Source: Macrostomum lignano
Taxonomy: Eukaryota
NCBI GenBank assembly: GCA_002269645.1
Contig: NIVC01001377.1
Span: 124,001-188,000, forward strand
Direction: 5' to 3'
DNA length: 64,000 bases
Part shown: piece by piece, positions 1-12,800 of the stretch
Layout of the letters: every line of letters begins with the position of its first letter
Numbering within the stretch: the stretch's first letter is position 1
The notes under the pieces: model-generated
The model's database searches: none
What the model saw: only the letters and a program-made list of their open reading frames with translations
Told to the model about the DNA's origin: nothing
Position numbers and translations under genes: made by a program

Positions 1-604
1 TGCAAGAGCCAACCAGGAGGTGAGCAGTCATGTCCATTCCGCTGACTTACTATAAGAGCCAACCAGGAGGTGAGCAGTCATGTCCATTCCGCTGACTTAC
101 TATAAGAGTCAACCAGGAGGTGAGCAGTCATGTCCATTCCGCTGACTTACTATAAGAGCCAACCAGGAGGTGAGCAGTCATGTCCATTCCGCTGACTTAC
201 TATAAGAGCCAACCAGGAGGTGAGCAGTCATGTCCATTCCGCTGACTTACTATAAGAGCCAACCAGGAGGTGAGCAGTCATGTCCATTCCGCTGACTTAC
301 TATAAGAGTCAACCAGGAGGTGAGCAGTCATGTCCATTCCGCTGACTTACTATAAGAGCCAACCAGGAGGTGAGCAGTCATGTCCATTCCGCTGACTTAC
401 TATAAGAGCCAACCAGGAGGTGAGCAGTCATGTCCATTCCGCTGACTTACTATAAGAGCCAACCAGGAGGTGAGCAGTCATATCCATTCCGCTGACTTAC
501 TATAAGAGCCAACCAGGAGGTGAGCAGTCATATCCATTCCGCTGACTTACTATAAGAGCCAACCAGGAGGTGAGCAGTCATATCCATTCCGCTGACTTAC
601 TATA
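1..604. repeat. Tandem minisatellite, 50-bp unit (AAGAGCCAACCAGGAGGTGAGCAGTCATGTCCATTCCGCTGACTTACTAT), ~12 copies, runs off the window start
   Basis: AACCAGGAGG recurs at 11, 61, 111 and so on. The array lies downstream of the intron donor of the WSC gene at 985. Confidence 0.97.
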
Positions 605-984
605 AGGACAAACACAAACACAGATACGTACGCACGCACACACGCTCACACGGGGCGCTCACAGCGGCCCAGACTTTTCTTTGAAGTTTAGTCCCCTGGG
701 GACAGGGAATCAGTATAAGCTATTGGGGGCATGCCAATGCTTTGTCCTTAATTGTGACCCGTTATGGACATCGATAACTTTGCTTCAGGGCGCCAAAATG
801 AGTACCTGTGGCGCCAAAATGAGTGCTTACAATATACAGATTCCCAATAATATAATGTAGGAATCTAGCCATGTGGAATTATTGGCTTGGCCCCCCGACC
901 ACTAAAAAATCTATGACTACGCCATGTACAGGTCTACATGTACATGTAGGCGTTGACTGGCCGGCTATTTTGGCTTAAACTTAC

Positions 985-1396
985 ACGGCTTGTAGAACAG
1001 TTCAAAGATTGAATTCCTGGAATATCCACCGCAGATCTGGCTCGAATTTCCAGTGCATGTCGCGCGGCAGTCACCCTCAGAAGCGGCACCTCTCGAACCG
1101 TAGGTTGAGTCGCAGCAGCAGTAATCGTTTGCCTGCACCCCGAAGTAGCGGAACCGACCGTAAGCGCAGATTCGGCCGCACATTCCCAGCGTCATCGTGG
1201 AGCTGCTGACAAAGGCCGGAGCGCCGGGGTCTGTTCCATGCGGACCGAAGCTGCTGAGCCCTTTGAGCCCGATGAGGTCTCGGTCACTGTTGTCGCCGTC
1301 ATAGTAGCAACCGATGTAGGCAAACCCCAGAGGCTGCGATGGCTCGACCGCACAACAGGTGGTGACAAGGTTTGCCCACAGCAGCAGCAGGAACAT
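985..1396 (-). CDS. Secreted WSC-domain (carbohydrate-binding) protein, exon 1; the next exon is not found in the window
   Basis: Signal-peptide-like MFLLLLWANLVTTCCA is followed by the WSC pattern YIGCYYD...MTLGMCGRIC..GRFRYFGVQANDYCCC...C...CTGNSSQICGG..RNSIF. A GTAAGT donor (phase 1) starts at 984, the same position and phase as in the paralog at 16.9 kb. Confidence 0.85.
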
Positions 1397-1685
1397 GCTT
1401 TCTATTGTGCGAATTTTGATCAATGATTCACCAGCAGAGCAGTTGAGTTTTGTTAAACTGATGCAGAGTAGACTCAACTCTTTCAACACAGTAGACAGCT
1501 TAAAAAGCTTTTATAATTCTTGACGAAAGCCAATCGCGTTTTAGCTGGCAGCAATTCTTTTCCTGCAGACACCTGGCATACCCGGTAGCCATGACAACTG
1601 CTATTTTTTGTTGACTTGTAAAATGCAGTGTATGCGTGAATAAAATTCAGGGAGCATGTGAAAGCTGCCATGCATATGAGCTCAA

Positions 1686-3806
1686 CCATTATCCAGGTAA
1701 TAAATCTCTAGTTAGAGACCCCATTATCAAGGTAATAAATCTCCAGTTAGAGACCCCATTATCCAGGTAATAAATCTCTAGTTACAGACCTCATTATCCA
1801 GGTAATAAATCTCCAGTTAGAGACCTCATTATCCAGGTAATAAATCTCTAATTAGAGACGCCATTATCCAGGTAATAAATCTCTAGTTACAGACCCCATT
1901 ATCCAGGTAATAAATCTCTAGTTAGAGACCTCATTATTCAGGTAATAAATCTCCAGTTAGAGACCCCATTATCCAGGTAATAAATCTCTAGTTGGAGACC
2001 TCATTATTCAGGTAATAAATCTCTAGTTACAGACCCCATTATCCAGGTAATATATCTCTAGTTACAGACCCCATTATCCAGGTAATAAATCTCTAGTTAG
2101 AGACCCCATTATCCAGGTAATAAATCTCCAGTTAGAGACCCCATTATCCAGGTAATAAATCTCTAGTTAGAGACCCCATTATCCAGGTAATAAATCTCTA
2201 GTTAGAGACCCCATTATCCAGGTAATAAATCTCTAGTTACAGACCCCATTATCCAGGTAATAAATCTCCAGTTAGAGACCCCATTATCCAGGTAATAAAT
2301 CTCTAGTTAAAGACCCCATTATCCAGGTAATAAATCTCTAGTTACAGACCCCATTATCCAGGTAATAAATCTCTAGTTACAGACCCCATTATCCAGGTAA
2401 TAAATCTCTAGATAGAGACCCCATTATCCAGGTAATAAATCTCTAGTTAGAGACCCCATTATCCAGGTAATAAATCTCTAATTAGAGACGCCATTATCCA
2501 GGTTTTAAATCTCTAGTTACAGACCCCATTATCCAGGTAATAAATCTCCAGTTAGAGACCCCATTATCCAGGTAATAAATCTCTAGTTACAGACCCCATT
2601 ATCCAGGTAATAAATCTCTAGTTACAGACCCCATTATCCAGGTAATAAATCTCTAGTTAGAGACCCCATTATCCAGGTAATAAATCTCTAGTTAGAGACC
2701 CCATTATCCAGGTAATAAATCTCTAGTTACAGACCCCATTATCCAGGTAATAAATCTCTAGTTACAGACCCCATTATCCAGGTAATAAATCTCTAGTTAG
2801 AGACCCTATTATCCAGGTAATAAATCTCTAGTTAGAGACCCCATTATCCAGGTAATAAATCTCTAGTTACAGACCCCATTATCCAGGTAATAAATCTCTA
2901 GTTAGAGACCCCATTATCCAGGTAATAAATCTCCAGTTAGAGACCCCATTATCCAGGTAATAAATCTCTAGTTAGAGACCCCATTATCCAGGTAATAAAT
3001 CTCCAGTTAGAGACCCCATTATCCAGGTAATAAATCTCTAGTTACAGACCCCATTATCCAGGTAATAAATCTCTAATTAGAGACGCCATTATCCAGGTAA
3101 TAAATCTCTAGTTACAGACCCCATTATCCAGGTAATAAATCTCTAGTTAGAGACCCCATTATCCAGGTAATAAATCTCTAGTTAGAGACCCCATTATCCA
3201 GGTAATAAATCTCTAGTTAGAGACCCCATTATCCAGGTAATAAATCTCTAATTAGAGACCCCATTATCCAGGTAATAAATCTCTAGTTACAGACCCCATT
3301 ATCCAGGTAATAAATCTCTAGATAGAGACCCCATTATCCAGGTAATAAATCTCTAGATAGAGACCCCATTATCCAGGTAATAAATCTCTAGATAGAGACC
3401 CCATTATCCAGGTAATAAATCTCTAGTTAGAGACCCCATTATCCAGGTAATAAATCTCTAGTTACAGACCCCATTATCCAGGTAATAAATCTCTAGTTAG
3501 AGACCCCATTATCCAGGTAATAAATCTCTAGTTAGAGACCCCATTATCCAGGTAATAAATCTCTAGATAGAGACCCCATTATCCAGGTAATAAATCTCTA
3601 GATAGAGACCCCATTATCCAGGTAATAAATCTCTAGATAGAGACCCCATTATCCAGGTAATAAATCTCTAGATAGAGACCCCATTATCCAGGTAATAAAT
3701 CTCTAGTTAGAGACCTCATAATCCAGGTAATAAATCTCTAGTTAGAGACCCCATTATCCAGGTAATAAATCTCTAGTTAGAGACCTCATAATCCAGGTAA
3801 TAAATG
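1686..3806. repeat. Tandem minisatellite, 35-bp unit (ATTATCCAGGTAATAAATCTCTAGTTAGAGACCCC), ~60 copies
   Basis: Period of 35 read directly (AGACC at 2101 and 2136). Variants are few (TTAG/TTAC/ATAG). Confidence 0.97.
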
Positions 3807-4259
3807 TCAAACTAGAAATATTTAATTTTTAGCTCGCAAGCAACTTAGCCCTAAGCAAGTATGAACTCCAGTTCAACAAGAAGCAAATATATAAAGAAAT
3901 TGAATAATTTAACAAACTATTCTTGCAGCTGATGCAGCTAAGTTTCATATGCGCGAGTATGTTTCGAAATTTTAAAACGCCTCAAATTTGATGACCGCCA
4001 ATAAGCGATCAAATGGAATTTTCATCATTAAATGTTTCCTAAAAACTTCAAACGTCCAAACTAAATAACAAACTTGCATAGCAACAGAAACCCAGGTGCA
4101 ACGCGTGAAAACAGGACAGGAAAAAACAGTCTGAAAGTGAAACGAAAAGCAGAGTGATTGATTTATTACCCATGCGCTCTGCGGCTCGCAAAACTTTTCC
4201 TTCCGAACTCAACTGGATCCGGAGTCAGCTTTCATCATTCCTTAATCTCTCGGCTTTTC

Positions 4260-5085
4260 ACACCTTCCCCTCCCTTCACTCCCTCCCTCCCTTCACTCCT
4301 TCCCTCCCTTCACTCTTTCCCTCCCTTCACTCTTTCCCTCCCTTCACTCTTTCCCTCCCTTCACTCTTTCCCTCCCTTCACTCTTTCCCTCCCTTCACTC
4401 TTTCCCTCCCTTCACTCCTTCCCCTCCCTTCACTCTTTCCCTCCCTTCACTCTTTCCCTCCCTTCACTCTTTCCCTCCCTTCACTCTTTCCCTCCCTTCA
4501 CTCTTTCCCTCCCTTCACTCTTTCCCTCCCTTCACTCTTTCCCTCCCTTCACTCTTTCCCCTCCCTTCACTCTTTCCCTCCCTTCACTCTTTCCCTCCCT
4601 TCACTCTTTCCCCTCCCTTCACTCTTTTCCTCCCTTCACTCTTTCCCTCCCTTCACTCTTTCCCTCCCTTCACTCTTTCCCTCCCTTCACTCTTTCCCTC
4701 CCTTCACTCTTTCCCTCCCTTCACTCTTTCCCTCCCTTCACTCTTTCCCTCCCTTCACTCCTTCCCCTCCCTTCACTCTTTCCCTCCCTTCACTCTTTCC
4801 CCTCCCTTCACTCTTTCCCTCCCTTCACTCTTTCCCTCCCTTCACTCTTTCCCTCCCTTCACTCTTTCCCTCCCTTCACTCTTTCCCTCCCTTCACTCTT
4901 TCCCTCCCTTCACTCTTTCCCTCCCTTCACTCTTTCCCTCCCTTCACTCTTTCCCTCCACTCATTCCTTCCGATCCCTTCATTCCTTCCCATCCCTTCAT
5001 TCCTCCCTCCCTTCATTACTTCTCTCCCCTCATTCCTTCCCATCCCTTCATTCCTTCCCATCCCTTCATTCCTTCTTTCTTTTCA
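4260..5085. repeat. Polypyrimidine minisatellite (~17-bp TCCCTCCCTTCACTCTT), degenerating at the 3' end
   Basis: The + strand is almost purely C/T. The overlapping ORFs 4154..5119 and 4158..5096 are translations of the repeat. Confidence 0.95.
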
Positions 5086-5671
5086 AACCTCTCTAACGCG
5101 CCAGAAAAAATCATTTTAGCAGAGACTCCAGACAATGGGCAGCGGGATCACAGTGCATGTGAATATAACTTGTACTAAACGGCTCTGAATCGCCAAAGAT
5201 ACTTTATCGATTACACTTCAGTCAATGTTAAAAAATTATTTAAAAATTGCAAAAAAATGTCTGTCATATTCTAAACTGCCTACTACACCGATACTAAAGT
5301 TTTATAGTAGTAGGGATGGAAATATTTCAACCGCCAAAAGGGATGCAAAATCCAAATTTAGTGTAATCCGTACAAGAAGCATAGGACTGCGGGAATGCAG
5401 ATAAACAGTTTGCATTAATTGAAGCGATAATATTCCAAAATTTGACACCAATGTGTGCAACTGTTGGATGTGTGATGTTGTTAGTAAATGTGATAATAAA
5501 AGTACAGATTGAAATGACTGGAAGGTTGTGCACATACTACAAATTAGAAACAGTATTAGTAGTAATAGCAGGACTTTGTATTTTTAAACCAGTCTATAAA
5601 AAGCACATTGAAAATTTTATACAATAGAATTATAGAAACCTTTAAACAGCCGATATCTGGGCAAAGGGGAT

Positions 5672-6410
5672 GTCAACTTAAGCACCAGAATGGAGCCCGA
5701 AGTTCAGCTCCGGACCAAACCGACTGCAATCGATAACTTGTCGGCCCAGACGACTAGAATCGCCGAGACATCCCATCCGGCTCCCTTCCTTGGGGTCCCA
5801 GGGGATAAAGGGGATAAAATGGGGATCTCATGTCAACTTAAGGCTCTGGAATGGAGCCCGAAGTTCAGCTCCGGACCAAACCGACTGCAATCGATAACTT
5901 GTCGGCCCAGACGACTAGAATCGCCGAGACATCCCATCCGGCTCCCTTCCTTGGGGTCCCAGGGGATAAAGGGGATAAAATGGGGATCTCATGTCAACTT
6001 AAGGCTCTGGAATGGAGCCCGAAGTTCAGCTCCGGACCAAACCGACTGCAATCGATAACTTGTCGGCCCAGACGACTAGAATCGCCGAGACATCCCATCC
6101 GGCTCCCTTCCTTGGGGTCCCAGGGGATAAAGGGGATAAAATGGGGATCTCATGTCAACTTAAGGCTCTGGAATGGAGCCCGAAGTTCAGCTCCGGACCA
6201 AACCGACTGCAATCGATAACTTGTCGGCCTAGACGACTAGAATCGCCGAGACATCCCATCCGGCTCCCTTCCTTGGGGTCCCAGGGGATAAAGGGGATAA
6301 AATGGGGATCTCATGTCAACTTAAGGCTCTGGAATGGAGCCCGAAGTTCAGCTCCGGACCAAACCGACTGCAATCGATAACTTGTCGGCCTAGACGACTA
6401 GAATCGCAGA
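5672..6410 (+). repeat. Left arm: 161-bp tandem repeat, ~4.5 copies
   Basis: Identical ORFs start at 5690, 5851 and 6012 (offset 161). Confidence 0.95.
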
Positions 6411-6779
6411 GACATCCGCTGTGCCACTATGTTCCGCTATGTGCTGCTTTGCTGCCATTAAGCAGGACTAATGTGTTAACGAGAGGCACAAACCGTATCA
6501 GTGGCTGCCGTCAGCCGGCTTCAGTGAGCCCACCCGATTAGACGTTGTTATCGAGACCTCGATGGCAAAGTACAACCGGGCGCATCCAGGTTTTGAATCA
6601 TTTAAACAGCTGCCACCGTCATGGACAGGGCTATCGTTGTTCGAATTCGGTCAGAATTTCATGCGCCGAGTGCTCTTGTCCAACGAACTGGACGAAATTG
6701 AGCAGCTGCACTTCAACTGTGATCTGACGCGTGCCCCCCTGCTAACACAAGGGCATGGATTGCTGTCAACCCGCTGGAT

Positions 6780-7265
6780 CCAAAAAGCTCGGGGTTCCCC
6801 CGAATTCACACAGTGAATTTGTCAGAGGTTTTGGTGGGTCCGTATCAACTAAATCAAGCCGATTATTACATTCAAAACATTCGTGTCAAGGAGGTTCTCG
6901 GTAGCTACGAAGGTGACTCCTGGAGAGACTTTGAGTTACACATCCGAGCCGCCGGGAGTGTTGGAAGTTTCGGCAAGAGACGCCGCTAGAAAACTGGAGC
7001 AACCTACTCGGTCGGTGGCATCCGTCTTGGATTTTTCTAGCTGTCGTTTTCTCGCGCCATGATTCGAAATCCTACCGCGTGATTCTTAGAGTGTGTGACA
7101 GCAGCGGACAATCGCTTTGGTTTTAGAGATCCAGGATTGCAACTTCTTCATGGCTACTACTCATCAGCAAAAGCTGGAAGTAGGACTGCAGGCCGCCATT
7201 GTCATGTAATGGCAGTGCTCAAACTCCTGGGCTGCTACGCTTACCACCAAGATAGCTATCGAAGG
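6780..7265 (+). pseudogene. Degenerate transposase-associated remnant with a SWIM-like Zn-finger region
   Basis: Frameshifted fragments FPEFT/VNLSEVLVGPYQLNQADYY, SRHDSKSYRVIL and GYYSSAKAGSRTAGRHCHVMAVLKLLG resemble the FP..(L)G.YQL.QA.SY / SRH / C.C..G.RT.GCC.HV..VL..LG motifs I recall from DDE transposon proteins. Recognised by eye only. Confidence 0.5.
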
Positions 7266-7403
7266 TCTGGTGCTAGCCTTCGCTTTGTTGATTCCGCTCT
7301 TCCACGCAGCCTTGTTGCCAGACTTTATGCCAGAGAAAATGCTTTACCACAGCAGCGGAAGCCTACTGAGCAACAGTCTAGCGGCCAGCAAGAGGAGTTT
7401 TAG

Positions 7404-8985
7404 TCACCCCAAGGAAGGGAGCCGGATGAGATGTCTCGGCGATTCTAGTCGTCTGGGCCGACAAGTTATCGATTGCAGTCGGTTTGGTCCGGAGCTGAAC
7501 TTCGGGCTCCATTCCAGAGCCTTAAGTTGACATGAGATCCCCATTTTATCCCCTTTATCCCCTGGGACCCCAAGGAAGGGAGCCGGATGGGATGTCTCGG
7601 CGATTCTAGTCGTCTGGGCCGACAAGTTATCGATTGCAGTCGGTTTGGTCCGGAGCTGAACTTCGGGCTCCATTCCAGAGCCTTAAGCTGACATGAGATC
7701 CCCATTTTATCCCCTTTATCCCCTGGGACCCCAAGGAAGGGAGCCGGATGGGATGTCTCGGCGATTCTAGTCGTCTGGGCCGACAAGTTATCGATTGCAG
7801 TCGGTTTGGTCCGGAGCTGAACTCGGGCTCCATTCCAGAGCCTTAAGTTGACATGAGATCCCCATTTTATCCCCTTTATCCCCTGGGACCCCAAGGAAAG
7901 GAAGCCGGATGAGATGTCTCGGCGATTCTAGTCGTCTGGGCCGACAAGTTATCGATTGCAGTCGGTTTGGTCCGGAGCTGAACTTCGGGCTCCATTCCAG
8001 AGCCTTAAGTTGACATGAGATCCCCATTTTATCCCCTTTATCCCCTGGGACCCCAAGGAAGGGAGCCGGATGGGATGTCTCGGCGATTCTAGTCGTCTGG
8101 GCCGACAAGTTATCGATTGCAGTCGGTTTGGTCCGGAGCTGAACTTCGGGCTCCATTCCAGAGCCTTAAGTTGACATGAGATCCCCATTTTATCCCCTTT
8201 ATCCCCTGGGACCCCAAGGAAGGGAGCCGGATGGGATGTCTCGGCGATTCTAGTCGTCTGGGCCGACAAGTTATCGATTGCAGTCGGTTTGGTCCGGAGC
8301 TGAACTTCGGGCTCCATTCCAGAGCCTTAAGTTGACATGAGATCCCCATTTTATCCCCTTTATCCCCTGGGACCCCAAGGAAGGGAGCCGGATGGGATGT
8401 CTCGGCGATTCTAGTCGTCTGGGCCGACAAGTTATCGATTGCAGTCGGTTTGGTCCGGAGCTGAACTTCGGGCTCCATTCCAGAGCCTTAAGTTGACATG
8501 AGATCCCCATTTTATCCCCTTTATCCCCTGGGACCCCAAGGAAGGGAGCCGGATGGGATGTCTCGGCGATTCTAGTCGTCTGGGCCGACAAGTTATCGAT
8601 TGCAGTCGGTTTGGTCCGGAGCTGAACTTCGGGCTCCATTCCAGAGCCTTAAGTTGACATGAGATCCCCATTTTATCCCCTTTATCCCCTGGGACCCCAA
8701 GGAAGGGAGCCGGATGGGATGTCTCGGCGATTCTAGTCGTCTGGGCCGACAAGTTATCGATTGCAGTCGGTTTGGTCCGGAGCTGAACTTCGGGCTCCAT
8801 TCCAGAGCCTTAAGCTGACATGAGATCCCCATTTTATCCCCTTTATCCCCTGGGACCCCAAGGAAGGGAGCCGGATGGGATGTCTCGGCGATTCTAGTCG
8901 TCTGGGCCGACAAGTTATCGATTGCAGTCGGTTTGGTCCGGAGCTGAACTTCGGGCTCCATTCTGGTGCTTAAGTTGACATCCCC
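7404..8985 (-). repeat. Right arm: the same 161-bp unit in inverted orientation, ~9.7 copies
   Basis: The same ORF text recurs on the minus strand at 7949, 8110, 8271, 8432 and 8593 (offset 161). Confidence 0.95.
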
Positions 8986-9069
8986 TTTATATAGAAATTT
9001 CTATGAAACTTTATATTCGTGTTAAAGTGGAATTCTTAAACTTGCGACTAAGGAACTGTTACAGAAATA

Positions 9070-9838
9070 GAGTGACATGTAGAGGGAGAGTGACAAGTAG
9101 AGAAAGAGTGACAAGTAGAGGGAGAGTGACAAGTAGAGGAAGAGTGACAAGTAGAGGGAGAGTGACAAGTAGAGGGAGAGTGTCAAGTAGAGGGAGGGTG
9201 ACAAGTAGAGAGAGTGACAAGTAGAGGGAGAGTGACAAGTAGAGGGAGAGTGTCAAGTAGAGGGAGAGTAACAAGTAGAGGGAGAGTGTCAAGTAGAGTG
9301 CCAAGTAGAGGGTGACAAGTAGAGAGAGAGTGACAAGTAGAGGGAGAGTGACAAGTAGAGGGAGAGTGTCAAGTAGAGGGAGGGTGACAAGTAGAGAGAG
9401 AGTGACAAGTAGAGGGAGAGTGACAAGTAGAGGGAGAGTGTCAAGTAGAGGGAGGGTGACAAGAAGAGAGAGAGTGACAAGTAGAGGGAGAGTGACAAGT
9501 AGAGGGAGAGTGTCAAGTAGAGGGAGGGTGACAAGTAGAGAGAGAGTGACAAGTAGAGGGAGAGTGACAAGTAGAGGGAGAGTGTCAAGTAGAGGGAGGG
9601 TGACAAGTAGAGGGAGAGTGTCAAGTAGAGGGAGGGTGACAAGTAGAGAGAGAGTGACAAGTAGAGGGAGAGTGACAAGTAGAGGGAGAGTGTCAAGTAG
9701 AGGGAGGGTGACAAGTAGAGAGAGAGTGACAAGTAGAGGGAGAGTGACAAGTAGAGGGAGAGTGTCAAGTAGAGGGAGGGTGACAAGAAGAGAGAGAGTG
9801 ACAAGTAGAGGGAGAGTGACAAGTAGAGGGAGGGAGGG
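9070..9838. repeat. Purine-rich 18-bp minisatellite (GAGAGTGACAAGTAGAGG) abutting a CFAP46 exon
   Basis: Direct periodicity; the array ends at GGTGACATG, which encodes GDM of the exon. Confidence 0.93.
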
Positions 9839-12800
9839 TGACATGTTTGGCCGCCTGCAGACAGCCTGGGCCCTGGACCGCCTGTCCCAGCGGCTCTGCT
9901 CACGGGGCCGGGCTCACCGCTGGCTTGAGGTGGCCAGGCGGTTCCTGCACTGCGGCCTGGAGAGGCTGACGAACGGTCGGGAGTTTCGGCACGCGTTGGA
10001 GTGCTTCCAGCAGCTGGGCGCCTGCCAGATGGAGATGAGCCGGTTGGCCAATAATGAGGAGGGCAAGAGGTGAGCGATGGGCTTCTTTGCTGAGCGCCCA
10101 CGCATCCACCCACGCACCCACCCACGCACCAAACCACGCACCCACCCACGCACCCACCCACGCACCAAACCACGCACCCACCCACGCACCCACCCACGCA
10201 CCAAACCACGCACCCACCCACGCATCCACCCACGCACCCACCCACGCACCAAACCACGCACCCACCCACGCATCCACCCACACATCCCCCAAGCACTCTA
10301 CAGACAGATGTTAGTGGACGCCGCCAGCTGCTTCCGCGCCGCCACTCGCTACGCCGAAGCCTTCGTCGCCGATGCCCAGACCAGCGGCCCGCCGGGCGAC
10401 CTTCGCAAAGTCTGCCCGCCCGCACACCGGTTGGCTGCGGCGGCAAAGCTGAGTCTGGCTGGCTGCAGCTGCAGCTGCTTGAGATTCAGGTGAGCCGCTC
10501 ACTGATGGCAGTGCTCAGAGCTGCTCCCAGACCCAGAGTGTCAGTTGCTGGGCCAGCCTCCCAGATCCTCAGTTGCTGGGCCAGTCTCCCAGATCCCCAG
10601 TAATAGAGAAACCAGGAAACCCTCTAAGAACCCACTAAACCATTGTCGTCGAAATCCGCACTCGCAGGTGGACGAAGAGCGCACCCAGGCGGAGCTCCAG
10701 CTCGCAAAGTCCGCGGACACCAAAGCCGTCGAGGAATTCGTCCAGGAGACGCCCCGCCTCACCGAGTCCCAGTCCGCCTGGATGTCGAAGGTCCGCCTGG
10801 CCTTCGACCTCGCTGTCGGGCAGCTGCAGGACGCACACTCACTCTGCGCGCCTGGCGGCCCCCTGCCGACTCGCGCCCGCAGCCTGGCCAGGGACACCCT
10901 GAGGAGGACTTCTCTGGTGAGTCCGGTTTGAGCAGCTGGAGTGAGCTGATGGAGCATGGAACTGCCTGAAGCCCCCACCCTGACACAAACTACTCATAGT
11001 AGAGCGATCAGCAAATAAACTGTAAAAAATATTCTCTCTCTTCACCTCATCCCGACTCAGGCCTGGCGCCAGAGCTGCGTGGACCACGCGCACCAGGACA
11101 TCGGCAAGTCGCTGCCGCCCTTCCTGGGCTTCATGGCGCTGCAGCACAGCCCGGACTGCCGGTACCTCTACGCTGGGGCCATGGAGAGGCAGAGGGCCGC
11201 CAAGCCTGGGAAAGGTGAGTTGGAGCTGTTGGTGTGCTGGCGCCCCTGGTGCTGGCGCCCCTGGTGCTGGCGCCCCTGGTGCTGGCGCCCCTGGTGCTGG
11301 CGCCCCTGGTGCTGGCGCCCCTGGTGCTGGCGCCCCTGGTGCTGGCGCCCCTGGTGCTGGCGCCCCTGGTGCTGGCGCCCCTGGTGCTGGCGCCCCTGGT
11401 GCTGGCGCCCCTGGTGCTGGCGGCCCTGGTGCTGGCGCCCCTGGTGCTGGCGCCCCTGGTGCTGGCGCCCCTGGTGCTGGCGCCCCTCAAATGAACGGCA
11501 GCCTCTCAAATGAATGGCGCCCCTCAAATGAACGGCAGCCCCTCAAATGAACGGCAGCCCCTCAAATGAACGGCAGCCTCTCAAACATTTCAGCCGCCCA
11601 ATCTGGTGCAGGCGCCGCCGGCCACCCGCTGCAGAGCTGCAGCTTCGTGCTGCGCCGGGACACCAGCAAGGAGCGGCTGGAGCGGCTGCTGGACGAAGTT
11701 CGCGACTTCAAATCGGAGGTCGGCACCCTGGTGCTCAAGCACGAGTACCAGCGGAGTCAGGCGGCCAAGCAGAAGCGGATGCTGGAGGCCATCACGGCTG
11801 GCGTTGATGGAGAAGGCGGCGGATCCGCTGTGAGTGATGAAGCAATGAAAATAAGAAGTGAAATTGTTTGTTTATTGGTCAGTTTTGGATACAGAATCAA
11901 ATATTTTGATTTGAGGTTACTTCAAATATGGTGGGATCGGTTGATTATGGTATAATGAGATGGTTGATGATGGGATTCAGGGATGGTGATGGGATTCTGT
12001 GATAGTTCATGATGGGATTCTGGGATGGTTCATGATGCGATTCTTTAATTCGCATAAGAAGACTTGTTTCAACTGTAACTTGCTTTGAACGTATGGGTGG
12101 ATACTTAGATAGGTGCATATGTTGATGCGTGAGTGGATGAGTGGGTAAAGATATTGGTGGATGCCTGGGTAGAGTTATTGGTTAATGCGTGGGCGGATGC
12201 TTGGATGGATGCGTGGTGGATGCGCAATAGATGCGTGTTGCGGATGTCCGGGTGGAAGTCTGGGTGGATATCTGAGTGGATGTGTTCTCACTGATTACTT
12301 TTTAACATTCCGAGACTGTACCAGTGTATAATGTAAGCCCATGTCTACTGAAACTCCATCAGGCTTGAATCCCAGACTGAAAATCAAGCTCGCTGCCGAG
12401 ATGCATTGAAAAACTCTACATCGGCCACGCGCTGCACAGATTTGAGTGGCTCAACCAACCCAGCTCGGCAACCACAGTCAGCACCAGCCGACGGGAGCAG
12501 CAGCAGCAGCAGCAGCCAGATGACTGCCTGGTGCTGCTGATCGATCCCAACCTGGCCGAGCTGCCGCTCGAAGCTCTTCAGCAGCTGCACTTCGACAGCC
12601 TGTCAGGCATGAGCCGCGACTTCAGCCTGCAGCTGGTGGCGCGTCGCCTCTTCGGCTCCAAGCACCTGCTGGACGAGGACGGCGGCGCCGGCGGCGGAGC
12701 GGGCGACGACGAGGAAGACGACGACCAGAGAGCTGCCGCGGTGGGCGGCGGCGGCGGCGGTGGCGCGGGCGGCAAGGCGGGCAAGGACAAGGCCTCCAAA

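Larger units (their letters stand above)
5666..8985. mobile_element. Foldback-type DNA transposon with long repeat-built TIRs; Spy-like (PHIS group) by its insertion signature; non-autonomous
   Basis: The left end GGGGATGTCAACTTAAGCACCAGAATGGAGCCCGAAG (5666) is the exact reverse complement of the right end (...GTTGACATCCCC, 8985). Flanks are gcAAA| and |TTTata with no target-site duplication, so the reconstructed empty site is AAATTT. Confidence 0.85.

Noticed and set aside
5240-5640. Possible decayed LINE 3' fragment on the minus strand (TDYTKFGF...)
   Set aside because: The resemblance is too weak and interrupted to call without a search.
5690-8961. Repeated 122-aa ORF MEPEVQLRTKP...
   Set aside because: It is a translation of the 161-bp tandem unit crossing frames, with no domain features.
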